Assembly: GCA_963713755.1 (NCBI GenBank)
Contig: CAVQMW010000005.1
Coordinates: 1,455,119 to 1,519,118 of the forward strand
Reading direction: 5' to 3'
From: an uncultured delta proteobacterium
GTDB taxonomy: Bacteria > Desulfobacterota > Desulfobacteria > Desulfobacterales > CAVQMW01
Length of the DNA stretch: 64,000 nucleotides
A model generated the notes under the pieces. That model made no database searches. It was not told the DNA's origin and worked only from the letters and a program-made list of their open reading frames with translations. Below, one piece after another: positions 56,558 through 64,000 of this stretch. The position numbers were made by a program, and so were the translations under genes. The stretch's first letter is position 1. Every line of letters starts with the position of its first letter.

Positions 56558-57496
56558 TTAATCCCCGCTTTCCTGGAAACCAATGAAGAGCGCAAGCCCC
56601 GCGAAGACCAGGAAAATGCCGCCCCAGGCTGCGGGGCCGGGTAGGGCGGCCTTGAGAAACAGCGCCTCGCCCAGCACGGCGAAGATCACTTCGCTGGATT
56701 GACTGGCGTCCACCGCCGCCAGTTCACTCGCTCTGCTGGCGTTGTTACGGGCCAGCAGAAAAAGAGTCGTGGCGATGATGCCCGAAAAGAGGGCCACCAG
56801 CCCCGTTTGAAGCAGTTGACCCTGGGAGGGGAGGGGAGGACGGCTCACGGCCACGAGAATCAGCCAGAAGGGCACGGAACCCAAAGAGAGCAGCAGCACT
56901 TTGTTAAAGGGGTTTTCGATAAGCGGGTGGTTGATATCGGGAAGACGCCGGTTGCCGGTTTTGGCCTCCCATACCAGTTGGTTGCCGGTCGGATAGCAGA
57001 ACGCGGCAATCAGCACCGGAAATCCGCCCATGAGCAGTTCTTTAAGGCCGGACAGCTTCACTTGGCTCAGGTTCACCACCAAAACCCCTAAAAATACAAT
57101 GCCCGAAAAGAGCCACACTTTTCCGCTAAAGGACCGTCCGAAGCAGACCAGGACAACCAGGGAGGCCATGATGGTGAGTTGCCAGGTGGTGGCCACCACC
57201 CATCCCGGCGCATGATCGGCGCTGAAACAGATCAGGGAGTAAAAGCCGCCGAATCCGATGCTTCCGCTCAGGATCCAAAATTTCCAATGCGCGGCAAAGC
57301 GCCGAAGAATTCGCCAGGGGGTCCGGAATCCCTGAAAGAGCCCGGCGATCAGCATCAAAAGGATGATCATGTAGGCATATCGCAGGGTGGCCGACCACAC
57401 CCAGTGCCCGCCCTCCAGGCTCATGGCCCGGTTCAGGATGAAGGTCGAACTGAAAAAGAGGCCCGAGAGAAGTCCGAGCAGGATTAGACCGGTCAT
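56558..57496 (-). CDS. Polytopic membrane transporter, DMT/EamA-like superfamily.
   Basis: 312 aa with about 10 hydrophobic segments. No soluble domains. Confidence 0.5.
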   Translation of the reverse strand: MTGLILLGLLSGLFFSSTFILNRAMSLEGGHWVWSATLRYAYMIILLMLIAGLFQGFRTPWRILRRFAAHWKFWILSGSIGFGGFYSLICFSADHAPGWVVATTWQLTIMASLVVLVCFGRSFSGKVWLFSGIVFLGVLVVNLSQVKLSGLKELLMGGFPVLIAAFCYPTGNQLVWEAKTGNRRLPDINHPLIENPFNKVLLLSLGSVPFWLILVAVSRPPLPSQGQLLQTGLVALFSGIIATTLFLLARNNASRASELAAVDASQSSEVIFAVLGEALFLKAALPGPAAWGGIFLVFAGLALFIGFQESGD

Positions 57497-57556
57497 ATTT
57501 TAATCCATCGAATGCATAAGAATGATTTCAAGGTGTGATTCACCCTCCCGCTAAGG

Positions 57557-57720
57557 AAGGTTTTGTTCAACCCCTATCTAGTGTCTGACCGAAAACTCCC
57601 CTCCCCCTGGCGGGAGGGGTTGGGGGAGGGGGATATAAAGGCCTGATATCATTCACCCCCACCCCGGCCCTCCCCCATCAAGGGGGAGGGAGCAGAAGGT
57701 TTCCGTTCAACCCCTATCTA
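57557..57720. repeat. Intergenic repeat cluster: two 24/25-nt direct repeats bracketing G/C-run hairpins.
   Basis: AAGGTTTTGTTCAACCCCTATCTA (57557-57580) and AAGGTTTCCGTTCAACCCCTATCTA (57696-57720). A perfect hairpin CCCTCCCCC-ATCAA-GGGGGAGGG lies at 57668-57690. CCCCTCCC (57598-57605) pairs with GGGAGGGG (57612-57619). Confidence 0.8.
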
Positions 57721-58225
57721 TCATATCTCTTACCTGAGAACCGATAGAAATCATATGAATAAGTGGGTGTCGATGGGCAGGGGCCATGTGGGATCCCTCA
57801 TTCCTCAACCTATGGGTCCCCACAACGGACTGAAATGGGCATGGTATATTATCGCGATTAAAAGCCCGGCTGCCCATGGCTGCTGCGCCTGTTGGCCGGT
57901 TTGCGGATGACAGACCGTGGCGGGGATGATAGGTAGGGATTAGGATCCGATTACCGTCATTTTTGGGTCCTAAGATAACGATTCAAGCCGGTTGATGGGC
58001 GGGCATGTGTGCCCTCATCGCATCATTAGGTTGCTTGGCCCTGCCATACAAAGGATGCCGTGTGCTCACCGAAGAGACCCAGCACGGCTGGGCTGCAAGA
58101 CTCGGGAATCTGCTTGCCCCCAACCGGATGCACAAGTTTCACCAACTCTGGCTGGAGGGGTTGGAGATCCAAGCGAGTGCCGGCTTGCCCCCGTCAGCCA
58201 GTATCGTCAAGGAAGGTGGCTCCAA

Positions 58226-59726
58226 ATGATAGATCCAGCCGGTATGAATAAAGAGCTTGCCGAAGAAAACGCCCGCTTAAAGAGGAAAATTCAAGGGCTG
58301 GAAGAATTAAGGGCTGAGCGCAAACTGTTGCAAGAGGCGCTGCGGGAAAGCGAAGAGAAGTATCGAACCTTGATTCATAAAATTCAGACGGCTGTAGTTG
58401 TTCATGGGGCGGATACGCGGATTTTGGCCTGCAATCCCATGGCGCAAGAGTTGCTGGGGTTGACGGAAGCTCAACTGCTTGGGAAATCAGGGATTGATAA
58501 AGACTGGCATTTTTTAAACCCCGATGGCACCGTAATGAAGGTTGAAGACTATCCTGTTAACCGAGTAATTGCGACACGGCGGCCATTAAAAAACTTTATC
58601 GCTGGAGTGCGCTGTTCCAGCAAAGAGCCGGAAAAAGATGTGTGGGTTTTAATCAATGCCAATCCGGTTATTGCTAATGATGACATCGTTCAGGTAATCG
58701 TGACGTTCGTCGACATCACCGAACGCAAGCGGGCGGAAGAAGCGCTGCGGGAGAGTGAGCGGAAGTATCGCAGCCTTTACCAGTACGCCCATGTCGGCCT
58801 CTTCGAGACGGGTCTGAAAGATGCGAGGATTATCGCCTGCAACCAGCGATATTGCGACTTGGCGGGATTCCCTTCACCATCCCTTGGTGAAGATCGAAAT
58901 AGATCTTGAGCCGGACCTGCTGAACATCTCCGGCTCATCCGTACATCTCGGCAAGTCGATATACAATCTGGTTTCCAATGCAAGTGAGGCAATGCTGAAA
59001 GGCGGCGTTGTTACGATAAAGACAAGGAATCGGTATCTGGACGTGCCCATTCAGGGCTATGACCAGATTTCCGAGGGAGACTACGCTGTCCTTTCCGTGT
59101 CCGATGAAGGAGAAGGCATCCCTGAAACCGATATGAAGCGGATCTTTGAGCCCTTTTATACCAAAAAAATCTTGGGGAGAAGCGGAACGGGATTAGGGCT
59201 GGCGGTTGTCTGGGGTACGGTGAAAGACCATGATGGCTACATCAACATCCAGAGCGAAGAGGGGTCAGGAAGCACGTTTACCCTTTATCTCCCTATAACC
59301 AGGGAAGAATTATCCGCCGAACATATGGCCGTTGAAATTTCCGAATACATGGGGAAAGGCGAAACCATTCTTATCGTCGATGATGTCAAGGGGCAGCGGG
59401 ATATTGCGACGATGATACTTCAAGAATTGAATTACAATGTCTCGAGTGTAAAAAGCGGCGAAGAGGCTGCGGTATTTTTAAAGGATCACAAGGTTGACCT
59501 GCTGGTTCTGGATATGATCATGGATCCCGGCATGGATGGACTGGACACCTACAGGCGCGTGCTTGACATATACCCGCGACAAAAGGCCATTGTCGTGAGC
59601 GGTTTTTCTGAGTCGGAGCGGGTGAAGGCCGTCCAGTCACTCGGTGCCGGCGCCTATGTGAAAAAGCCCTATGTCATGGAGAAACTGGGACTGGCCGTTA
59701 AGGAAGAATTGAATCGGGCCATATGA
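58226..59726 (+). pseudogene. PAS / HATPase / REC hybrid kinase with an internal deletion and frameshift (DHp/H-box missing).
   Basis: ORF 1 (ending at 58909) has a coiled coil, a complete PAS, then the start of a second PAS (YRSLYQYAHVGLFETGLKDARIIACNQRYCDLAGF). It then jumps out of frame into LVKIEIDLEPDLLNISGSSVHLGKSIYNLVSNASEAM (ORF 2), followed by DEGEGI, GTGLGLAVVWG and REC (ILIVDD..DLLVLDMIMPGMDG). No H-box is present anywhere. Confidence 0.7.
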
Positions 59727-59774
59727 TTTCAGAGTGCCAGGAAAGCCGACATTATTATTCTCATAGAGCCGGCT

Positions 59775-60971
59775 TTAGCTCTCTTTTGAGTTCCGGACAT
59801 TTCGCGGCAGGCGGATGGTAAAGCGGCTGCCTTTGCCGGGGGTGGAGTTGACGGAGATTTTTCCGCCGTGGCGGCGGATGATCTGGTGGGCGATGAAGAG
59901 CCCCATGCCGGTACCCTGGGAGCCTTTGGATGAAAAGAAGAGGGTAAAGAGCCGCTCCCGGGTCTCGCGGTCCATGCCGATCCCGTTATCGGCAATGGTG
60001 AACCGAATCTCATCGTTATCTCCCTCCACGGTAAAGATGATTTCGCAGGAAGCAGGGGATTCAACCGCGCTGCAGGCATCCACGGCGTTATCCAGGATGT
60101 TGACCAGGGCCGACTGGAGCGCACCGCCATCCATGGTGCCGTTTCCGGCCGAGGGATCAAATTCGCATTTTACGGTGATGCCTTCCTTGTCCGCGCCGTG
60201 CTGGATGATATCGACGGCTTCCTGGGCCAAGGCCGCGGCGTCGACCTGCTCCAGGTTCAGATCGCGATCCTTGGCATAGTAGAGGATATCCAGTATGCGT
60301 TTGCGGATGCGGCCCACCATGGCTTTTACGGTTTCCCACCCCTGCTGAACCCGCTGATCGTCCTTGCGCTCAAATCCGGAATCCACCAAATAAATCCCTC
60401 CATCAAGGCCGGTGAGCTGACCTTTGATGTCATGGGCGATGGAGCCGATCATCAGCCCCAGGTTGGAGAGGTGGTCCTTGAGCTGGGTTTTTTCCTGGAT
60501 GAGCGCTTCTAGATTGGCGGTATATGCTTTGAGCCGCCGCCGGGTCTCAATCTTCTCCTTCACCTTGGTCAGGGAGATTTCCAGAATATCGACATTGATG
60601 GGCTTGGTGATAAAATCGGCGGCGTCGTGTTTCAAGCTTTTGATGGCCAGATCCATATCTCCGTGGCCGGTGATCATGATCACTTCGGCCTCCGGGTTAG
60701 CTCGCTTGATGGCCTTGAGCAGGGTGATGCCGTCCATCACCGGCATCTTGATGTCGGTCAGGACGATGGCGGGTTTTTCTTGACGGAATAGTTCCAGGGC
60801 CGCCAGTCCGTTTTCCGCGGTGATCACCTCCAGGTCCATATCCATCAAGGAGATGGCCACCACATCGCGGATATCCTCTTCATCATCCACCAGCAGGACC
60901 GTCCAGGGGGGTAGATGCTGATTTTCATTAGGCGGCATCGGCTTTGGTCTCCAGGGGAAAGGTGACGACAA
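59775..60971 (-). CDS. Receiver-histidine kinase fusion (REC-DHp-HATPase).
   Basis: REC region: VLLVDDEEDIRD..VLTDIKMPVMDG..ITGHGD. H-box: GSIAHDIKGQL. HATPase motifs: DNGIGM and GTGMGLFIAHQI. An alternative start at ATG 60938 overlaps the upstream stop by 11 nt. Confidence 0.85.
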   Translation of the reverse strand: MSSPFPWRPKPMPPNENQHLPPWTVLLVDDEEDIRDVVAISLMDMDLEVITAENGLAALELFRQEKPAIVLTDIKMPVMDGITLLKAIKRANPEAEVIMITGHGDMDLAIKSLKHDAADFITKPINVDILEISLTKVKEKIETRRRLKAYTANLEALIQEKTQLKDHLSNLGLMIGSIAHDIKGQLTGLDGGIYLVDSGFERKDDQRVQQGWETVKAMVGRIRKRILDILYYAKDRDLNLEQVDAAALAQEAVDIIQHGADKEGITVKCEFDPSAGNGTMDGGALQSALVNILDNAVDACSAVESPASCEIIFTVEGDNDEIRFTIADNGIGMDRETRERLFTLFFSSKGSQGTGMGLFIAHQIIRRHGGKISVNSTPGKGSRFTIRLPRNVRNSKES

Positions 60972-63216
60972 AGGCGGTGCCCTGATCTTCTCGCGGGCGG
61001 GCGAAGATATCGCCGCCGCAGTCTTTGACGATGCCGTAACTGATGGAGAGTCCCAATCCGGTTCCCTTGCCCACTTCTTTGGTGGTGAAGAAGGGTTCGA
61101 AAATCTTATCTACAATGTCGTCGGGAATCCCGGGTCCGGTGTCCTGGACCTCGATGCAGACGCGCTTGCCGTGAAGATAGGATTTCAGGGTGATGCGTTT
61201 ATCTCCGGGATCATAGCTGCGATGATCCCAATGCTCTTCAATGGCGTCCCGGGCATTGAGCAACAGATTGATGAAGACCTGTTCCATGCGATCCGGATCG
61301 CATTTAACCCGCGGCAAATCGAGGTCGGTCTCCCACACCACGTCGATGCCGCGCACCTTGAGTTGCTGGCTGAAAATTTCAAAGGCGCGCTCCAGGACCT
61401 CGTTGAGCTGAGTGCTGACCAGCTTGCGATCCGCTTTGCGGGCGAATTCCCGCATATGGTTGATGATCCGGGTGGCGCGGTCCACGTTACCGTCCACCTT
61501 CAGGAGCAGGTTGTTGAGCACATCCTCGGCAATGGGCTGGCCGTTGTTGATCTTTTTGATGCAGAAACTGCTGGCGGTTTTGATCACCGAAAGGGGTTGG
61601 TTCAGCTCGTGGGCCACGCCGGTGGCCATCTCCCCCAGGGTGGCCATCTTACTGGCCTGAATCAACTGCTGCTCGGCCTCCAGGCGTTTGGTGATGTCGC
61701 TGGTGGTCACCAGCCACACCACCTGCCCGGGATATTCGCAGGGGGAGATCCGAATGGTGACGTAAATTCCCTTTCCCGATTTGCGTATGTGGCGGACCTG
61801 ATTGAGCAGCGCATGGGTTTTCAGCTCCACCTGGTAGCGCTCGCGCTCCTCCGCCTCGAACAGGTCGAGGAAGGAGCGGCCGATAACCTCCTCGCACTCG
61901 TAACCATAAACCTGCCGCACGCTCTCATTGCAATCCAGGATATCCAATGATTTCAGGTCCAAAACGAACACCGGGTTGGGGATATTGTTGAAGATGGCAT
62001 GGTATTTCTTTTCCGATTGTTCCAGCCGGCTCTCGAGTTGCTTGCGATCGCTGATATCCAGACTCAGCTCCATGGCCGCCACTACCTCGCCCTTGTCGTT
62101 CCGGATGGGTGAGGTGCGCAACATCCAGTGGATCACGTTGCTGTCCTTGTCCAGGCCGGTCTCTTCACTGACGTGGGAGCGGCCGTCCCGGAAGGTCTGC
62201 TCCACCGGACAGTTGACACACTTGGTGTGGCGGCCCTTGTAGGCCTGGTAGCAGAAATCTCCGGTTTTGGGGGCGAATTTTTCGCTGAACTCGCGGTTGT
62301 ACTGCAGCAGGCGGAAATCGCGGTCCTGCACCGTGATCAAGCAGGGCACCAGTTGAAACAGTGTCTGGTACTCGTCACGCTGCTTGTTGAGATCGGCCTG
62401 GTTGTTGCCGATCTCCGCGCCCATCTGGTTGATGGCCAAGGCCAGCTGGCCCATCTCATCCTTGCTTTTGATCCGGATTACAGAGTCATAGCGGCCCTTG
62501 GCGATGAGCTGGGTTTCGTCGATGAGTCGCGATATGGGTCGGTTGACAAAGCGCCACACAAAGAGCGAGATAATCGTGGCCGTAACTAGAAAGGTAAATC
62601 CGGCCAGTCCAATCATGTCCCGCCGCGCCTTGCCGATGGAGAAATCGGTGCCCTTAAGGGAGACCACCACATCCAGGGCCCCGAGGATCTTCTTGTCCGC
62701 CGGGTGGACATGGCAGGCGTCCGTGGCGCAGGAGGTTTCGTTGCGGATGGGGCTGATGATACCCAGCAGTCGCGGGCCGTTGGCGGCGGGCAGGATGCGG
62801 GTGCGCGCCGTCAACGGGACCTCGGTGAGGGGCGGCTCCGTGCGGTGGCACACATAGCACGCCTCGGCTTCGATATCCGTGGTGCGATCCAGCTCCCCCG
62901 GCAGATTGGAGTATTTGATCTGACCGGCCTTGTTGAAGATGCGGATAGATTGAATCTCTTCGAGCTTGGCGATGTTGGTGATGATCTGGTTGATATCGTC
63001 CCGGGAGTTGAGCATCATGGCATAGTGAGTGCCCAGTTTGATGGTGCCGGCCAGCCGGTCGGCCCCGGAAACGATGTCGGTCATGGCCTTTTGCTTCTGG
63101 GACTGGACGTTGAAGTAGGCCCAGGTGGAGATGCTCACCAGCAGGGTCAGCCCCACGGCCAGAATCAATTTGACCCCCAGGCGATGGCGCAGGGAAGGTG
63201 TGGAAGAGTTATTCAT
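60928..63216 (-). CDS. Transmembrane sensor histidine kinase: periplasmic domain with two haem-c-type motifs, then HAMP, two PAS domains, DHp and HATPase.
   Basis: TM1 (aa 14-35), CYVCH (nt 62845-62859), CATDACH (nt 62710-62730) and TM2 (aa about 200-222). HAMP follows, then PAS with [17 protein letters not shown] and a second PAS. The H-box is [10 protein letters not shown]. HATPase motifs are DTGPGI and [11 protein letters not shown]. Confidence 0.85.
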   Translation of the reverse strand: MNNSSTPSLRHRLGVKLILAVGLTLLVSISTWAYFNVQSQKQKAMTDIVSGADRLAGTIKLGTHYAMMLNSRDDINQIITNIAKLEEIQSIRIFNKAGQIKYSNLPGELDRTTDIEAEACYVCHRTEPPLTEVPLTARTRILPAANGPRLLGIISPIRNETSCATDACHVHPADKKILGALDVVVSLKGTDFSIGKARRDMIGLAGFTFLVTATIISLFVWRFVNRPISRLIDETQLIAKGRYDSVIRIKSKDEMGQLALAINQMGAEIGNNQADLNKQRDEYQTLFQLVPCLITVQDRDFRLLQYNREFSEKFAPKTGDFCYQAYKGRHTKCVNCPVEQTFRDGRSHVSEETGLDKDSNVIHWMLRTSPIRNDKGEVVAAMELSLDISDRKQLESRLEQSEKKYHAIFNNIPNPVFVLDLKSLDILDCNESVRQVYGYECEEVIGRSFLDLFEAEERERYQVELKTHALLNQVRHIRKSGKGIYVTIRISPCEYPGQVVWLVTTSDITKRLEAEQQLIQASKMATLGEMATGVAHELNQPLSVIKTASSFCIKKINNGQPIAEDVLNNLLLKVDGNVDRATRIINHMREFARKADRKLVSTQLNEVLERAFEIFSQQLKVRGIDVVWETDLDLPRVKCDPDRMEQVFINLLLNARDAIEEHWDHRSYDPGDKRITLKSYLHGKRVCIEVQDTGPGIPDDIVDKIFEPFFTTKEVGKGTGLGLSISYGIVKDCGGDIFARPREDQGTAFVVTFPLETKADAA

Positions 63217-64000
63217 CAGGCCGCGATCCGTGCCTTGAATTCCCGGGTGAGGGCCAGGTTCAAATTGAGCCCCAGTTCTTCCTTGGCCACGCCCAGGGCC
63301 ACGCCCAGCAGCTGGGGCAGGTAGAGAATGGTGATTTCATAATTGCGTTTCATCCGCCGGGAGATGCGCTTTTGAAATGCCTCCAGGTTGAGCTGGCACA
63401 TGGGGCAGACGGTGACGATGGCATCCGCGCCGCGGGCCGCCTCCAGGATGGCCGCCACCAGGGTCATACCCACCTCCGGTTTGGTATTCATGTGGCCCGC
63501 GCCGCAGCACTTGCCGCCCATCTCCCAGGGGTGGATTCGGGCGCCCGTGGCGCCAATCAGGGGTTCCATGGAGTGGGGCGCCTCGGGGTCGTCGAATACG
63601 GCATAGGGCCGCAGGCACTGGCAGCCGTAATAGGGGGCGATGGTCAGGCCCGCCAGGTTCTGCCGGCGCGCTGCGCCGATTTTCGCCGCAGTGATGTCCG
63701 TGGCGAGAACATCCAGCAGGTGGCGTACCCGGGGCGGATTTTGGAGCTGAAGCTCTTCCTCAGCCAGGATCGTGTTGAGCTGTGCCTTGAGGTCGCCGTC
63801 CAGCCGGATCTTTTCGGCGACCTGTTTTAAATTGAGATAGCAGGCGCTGCAGGGCACCAGGATGTCGCGGCTGCCTTCCATCTCCTGGGCCAGAGCCAAA
63901 TTGCGGGCCGGCAGGGCCAGGGCCAGCAGGGAATCCACGGCATGGGCCGCGGTGGCGCCGCAGCAGCTCCAGTCCGGAATGTCCGTCAGTTCGACCTTGA
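63216..64000 (-). CDS. HdrB-like CCG-domain protein (heterodisulfide-reductase subunit B family); N-terminus outside the window.
   Basis: The reading frame continues past 63938 to the window edge (..DWSCCGATAAHAVDSLL..). Two CCG-type cysteine sets are present: CCGA / PCSACY, and YYGCQC / KCCGAGH / CPMCQ. The stop TGA overlaps the kinase ATG by 1 nt (TGATG). Confidence 0.8.
   Translation of the reverse strand, partial: KVELTDIPDWSCCGATAAHAVDSLLALALPARNLALAQEMEGSRDILVPCSACYLNLKQVAEKIRLDGDLKAQLNTILAEEELQLQNPPRVRHLLDVLATDITAAKIGAARRQNLAGLTIAPYYGCQCLRPYAVFDDPEAPHSMEPLIGATGARIHPWEMGGKCCGAGHMNTKPEVGMTLVAAILEAARGADAIVTVCPMCQLNLEAFQKRISRRMKRNYEITILYLPQLLGVALGVAKEELGLNLNLALTREFKARIAA

Overview
This is a 64-kb slice of a GC-rich bacterial chromosome (about 55-65% GC judged by eye, not computed). 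The gene content suggests an anaerobic Desulfobacterota/deltaproteobacterial-type organism, but that is inference only. Supporting genes are an HdrB-like CCG protein, haem-c motif sensor kinases, a Liv-type ABC plus acyl-CoA ligase operon, a CHASE2/FecR pair and an MttB-family homologue.

Layout:
- 1-5500: a giant repeat adhesin, translationally coupled to a membrane PAS-GGDEF cyclase.
- 5.5-15.6 kb: a visibly lower-GC mobile-element graveyard. It holds an IS4/IS1634-type transposase, an integrase stub, one dead and one intact IS1595-family copy, and an IS256-family remnant. These surround a HEAT-repeat protein and an HD-GYP phosphodiesterase.
- 15.7-17.4 kb: ilvD.
- 17.6-26.2 kb: a mixed accessory block. 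It contains a CPBP protease, a serine hydrolase, an MttB-like protein, a decayed DUF1294 gene, YaiI, DUF554, and tandem mazEF-like and dinJ-yafQ-like modules.
- 26.2-34.3 kb: an MFS exporter and a Liv-type ABC plus acyl-CoA ligase operon.
- 34.5-43.3 kb: a double-length KamA-family radical-SAM gene, divergent from an iclR/pot-type ABC operon that ends in an AblB-family acetyltransferase. A clean 255-bp MITE is inserted between the ABC ATPase gene and the acetyltransferase gene.
- 43.3-51.9 kb: LysR, an MltF-like gene and a Dpp/Opp-type peptide ABC operon.
- 52.1-64 kb: signalling genes. These are a CHASE2 hybrid kinase with a LysM-FecR protein, a deleted PAS-kinase pseudogene, and an HdrB-like gene coupled to a kinase with two periplasmic haem-c motifs and a REC-kinase.

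Most notable observations:
- The KamA-family protein is an internal tandem duplication whose second module lacks the Fe-S cysteine triad.
- That gene sits in a locus with an AblB-type beta-lysine acetyltransferase homologue and a Tat-dependent Pot-type importer.
- The MITE has 28/30 terminal inverted repeats and a perfect 9-bp target duplication. Its roughly 100-bp core recurs between oppA-like and oppB-like genes.

No rRNA, tRNA or CRISPR array was seen. All calls come from reading the sequence and ORF translations; no database search was run.
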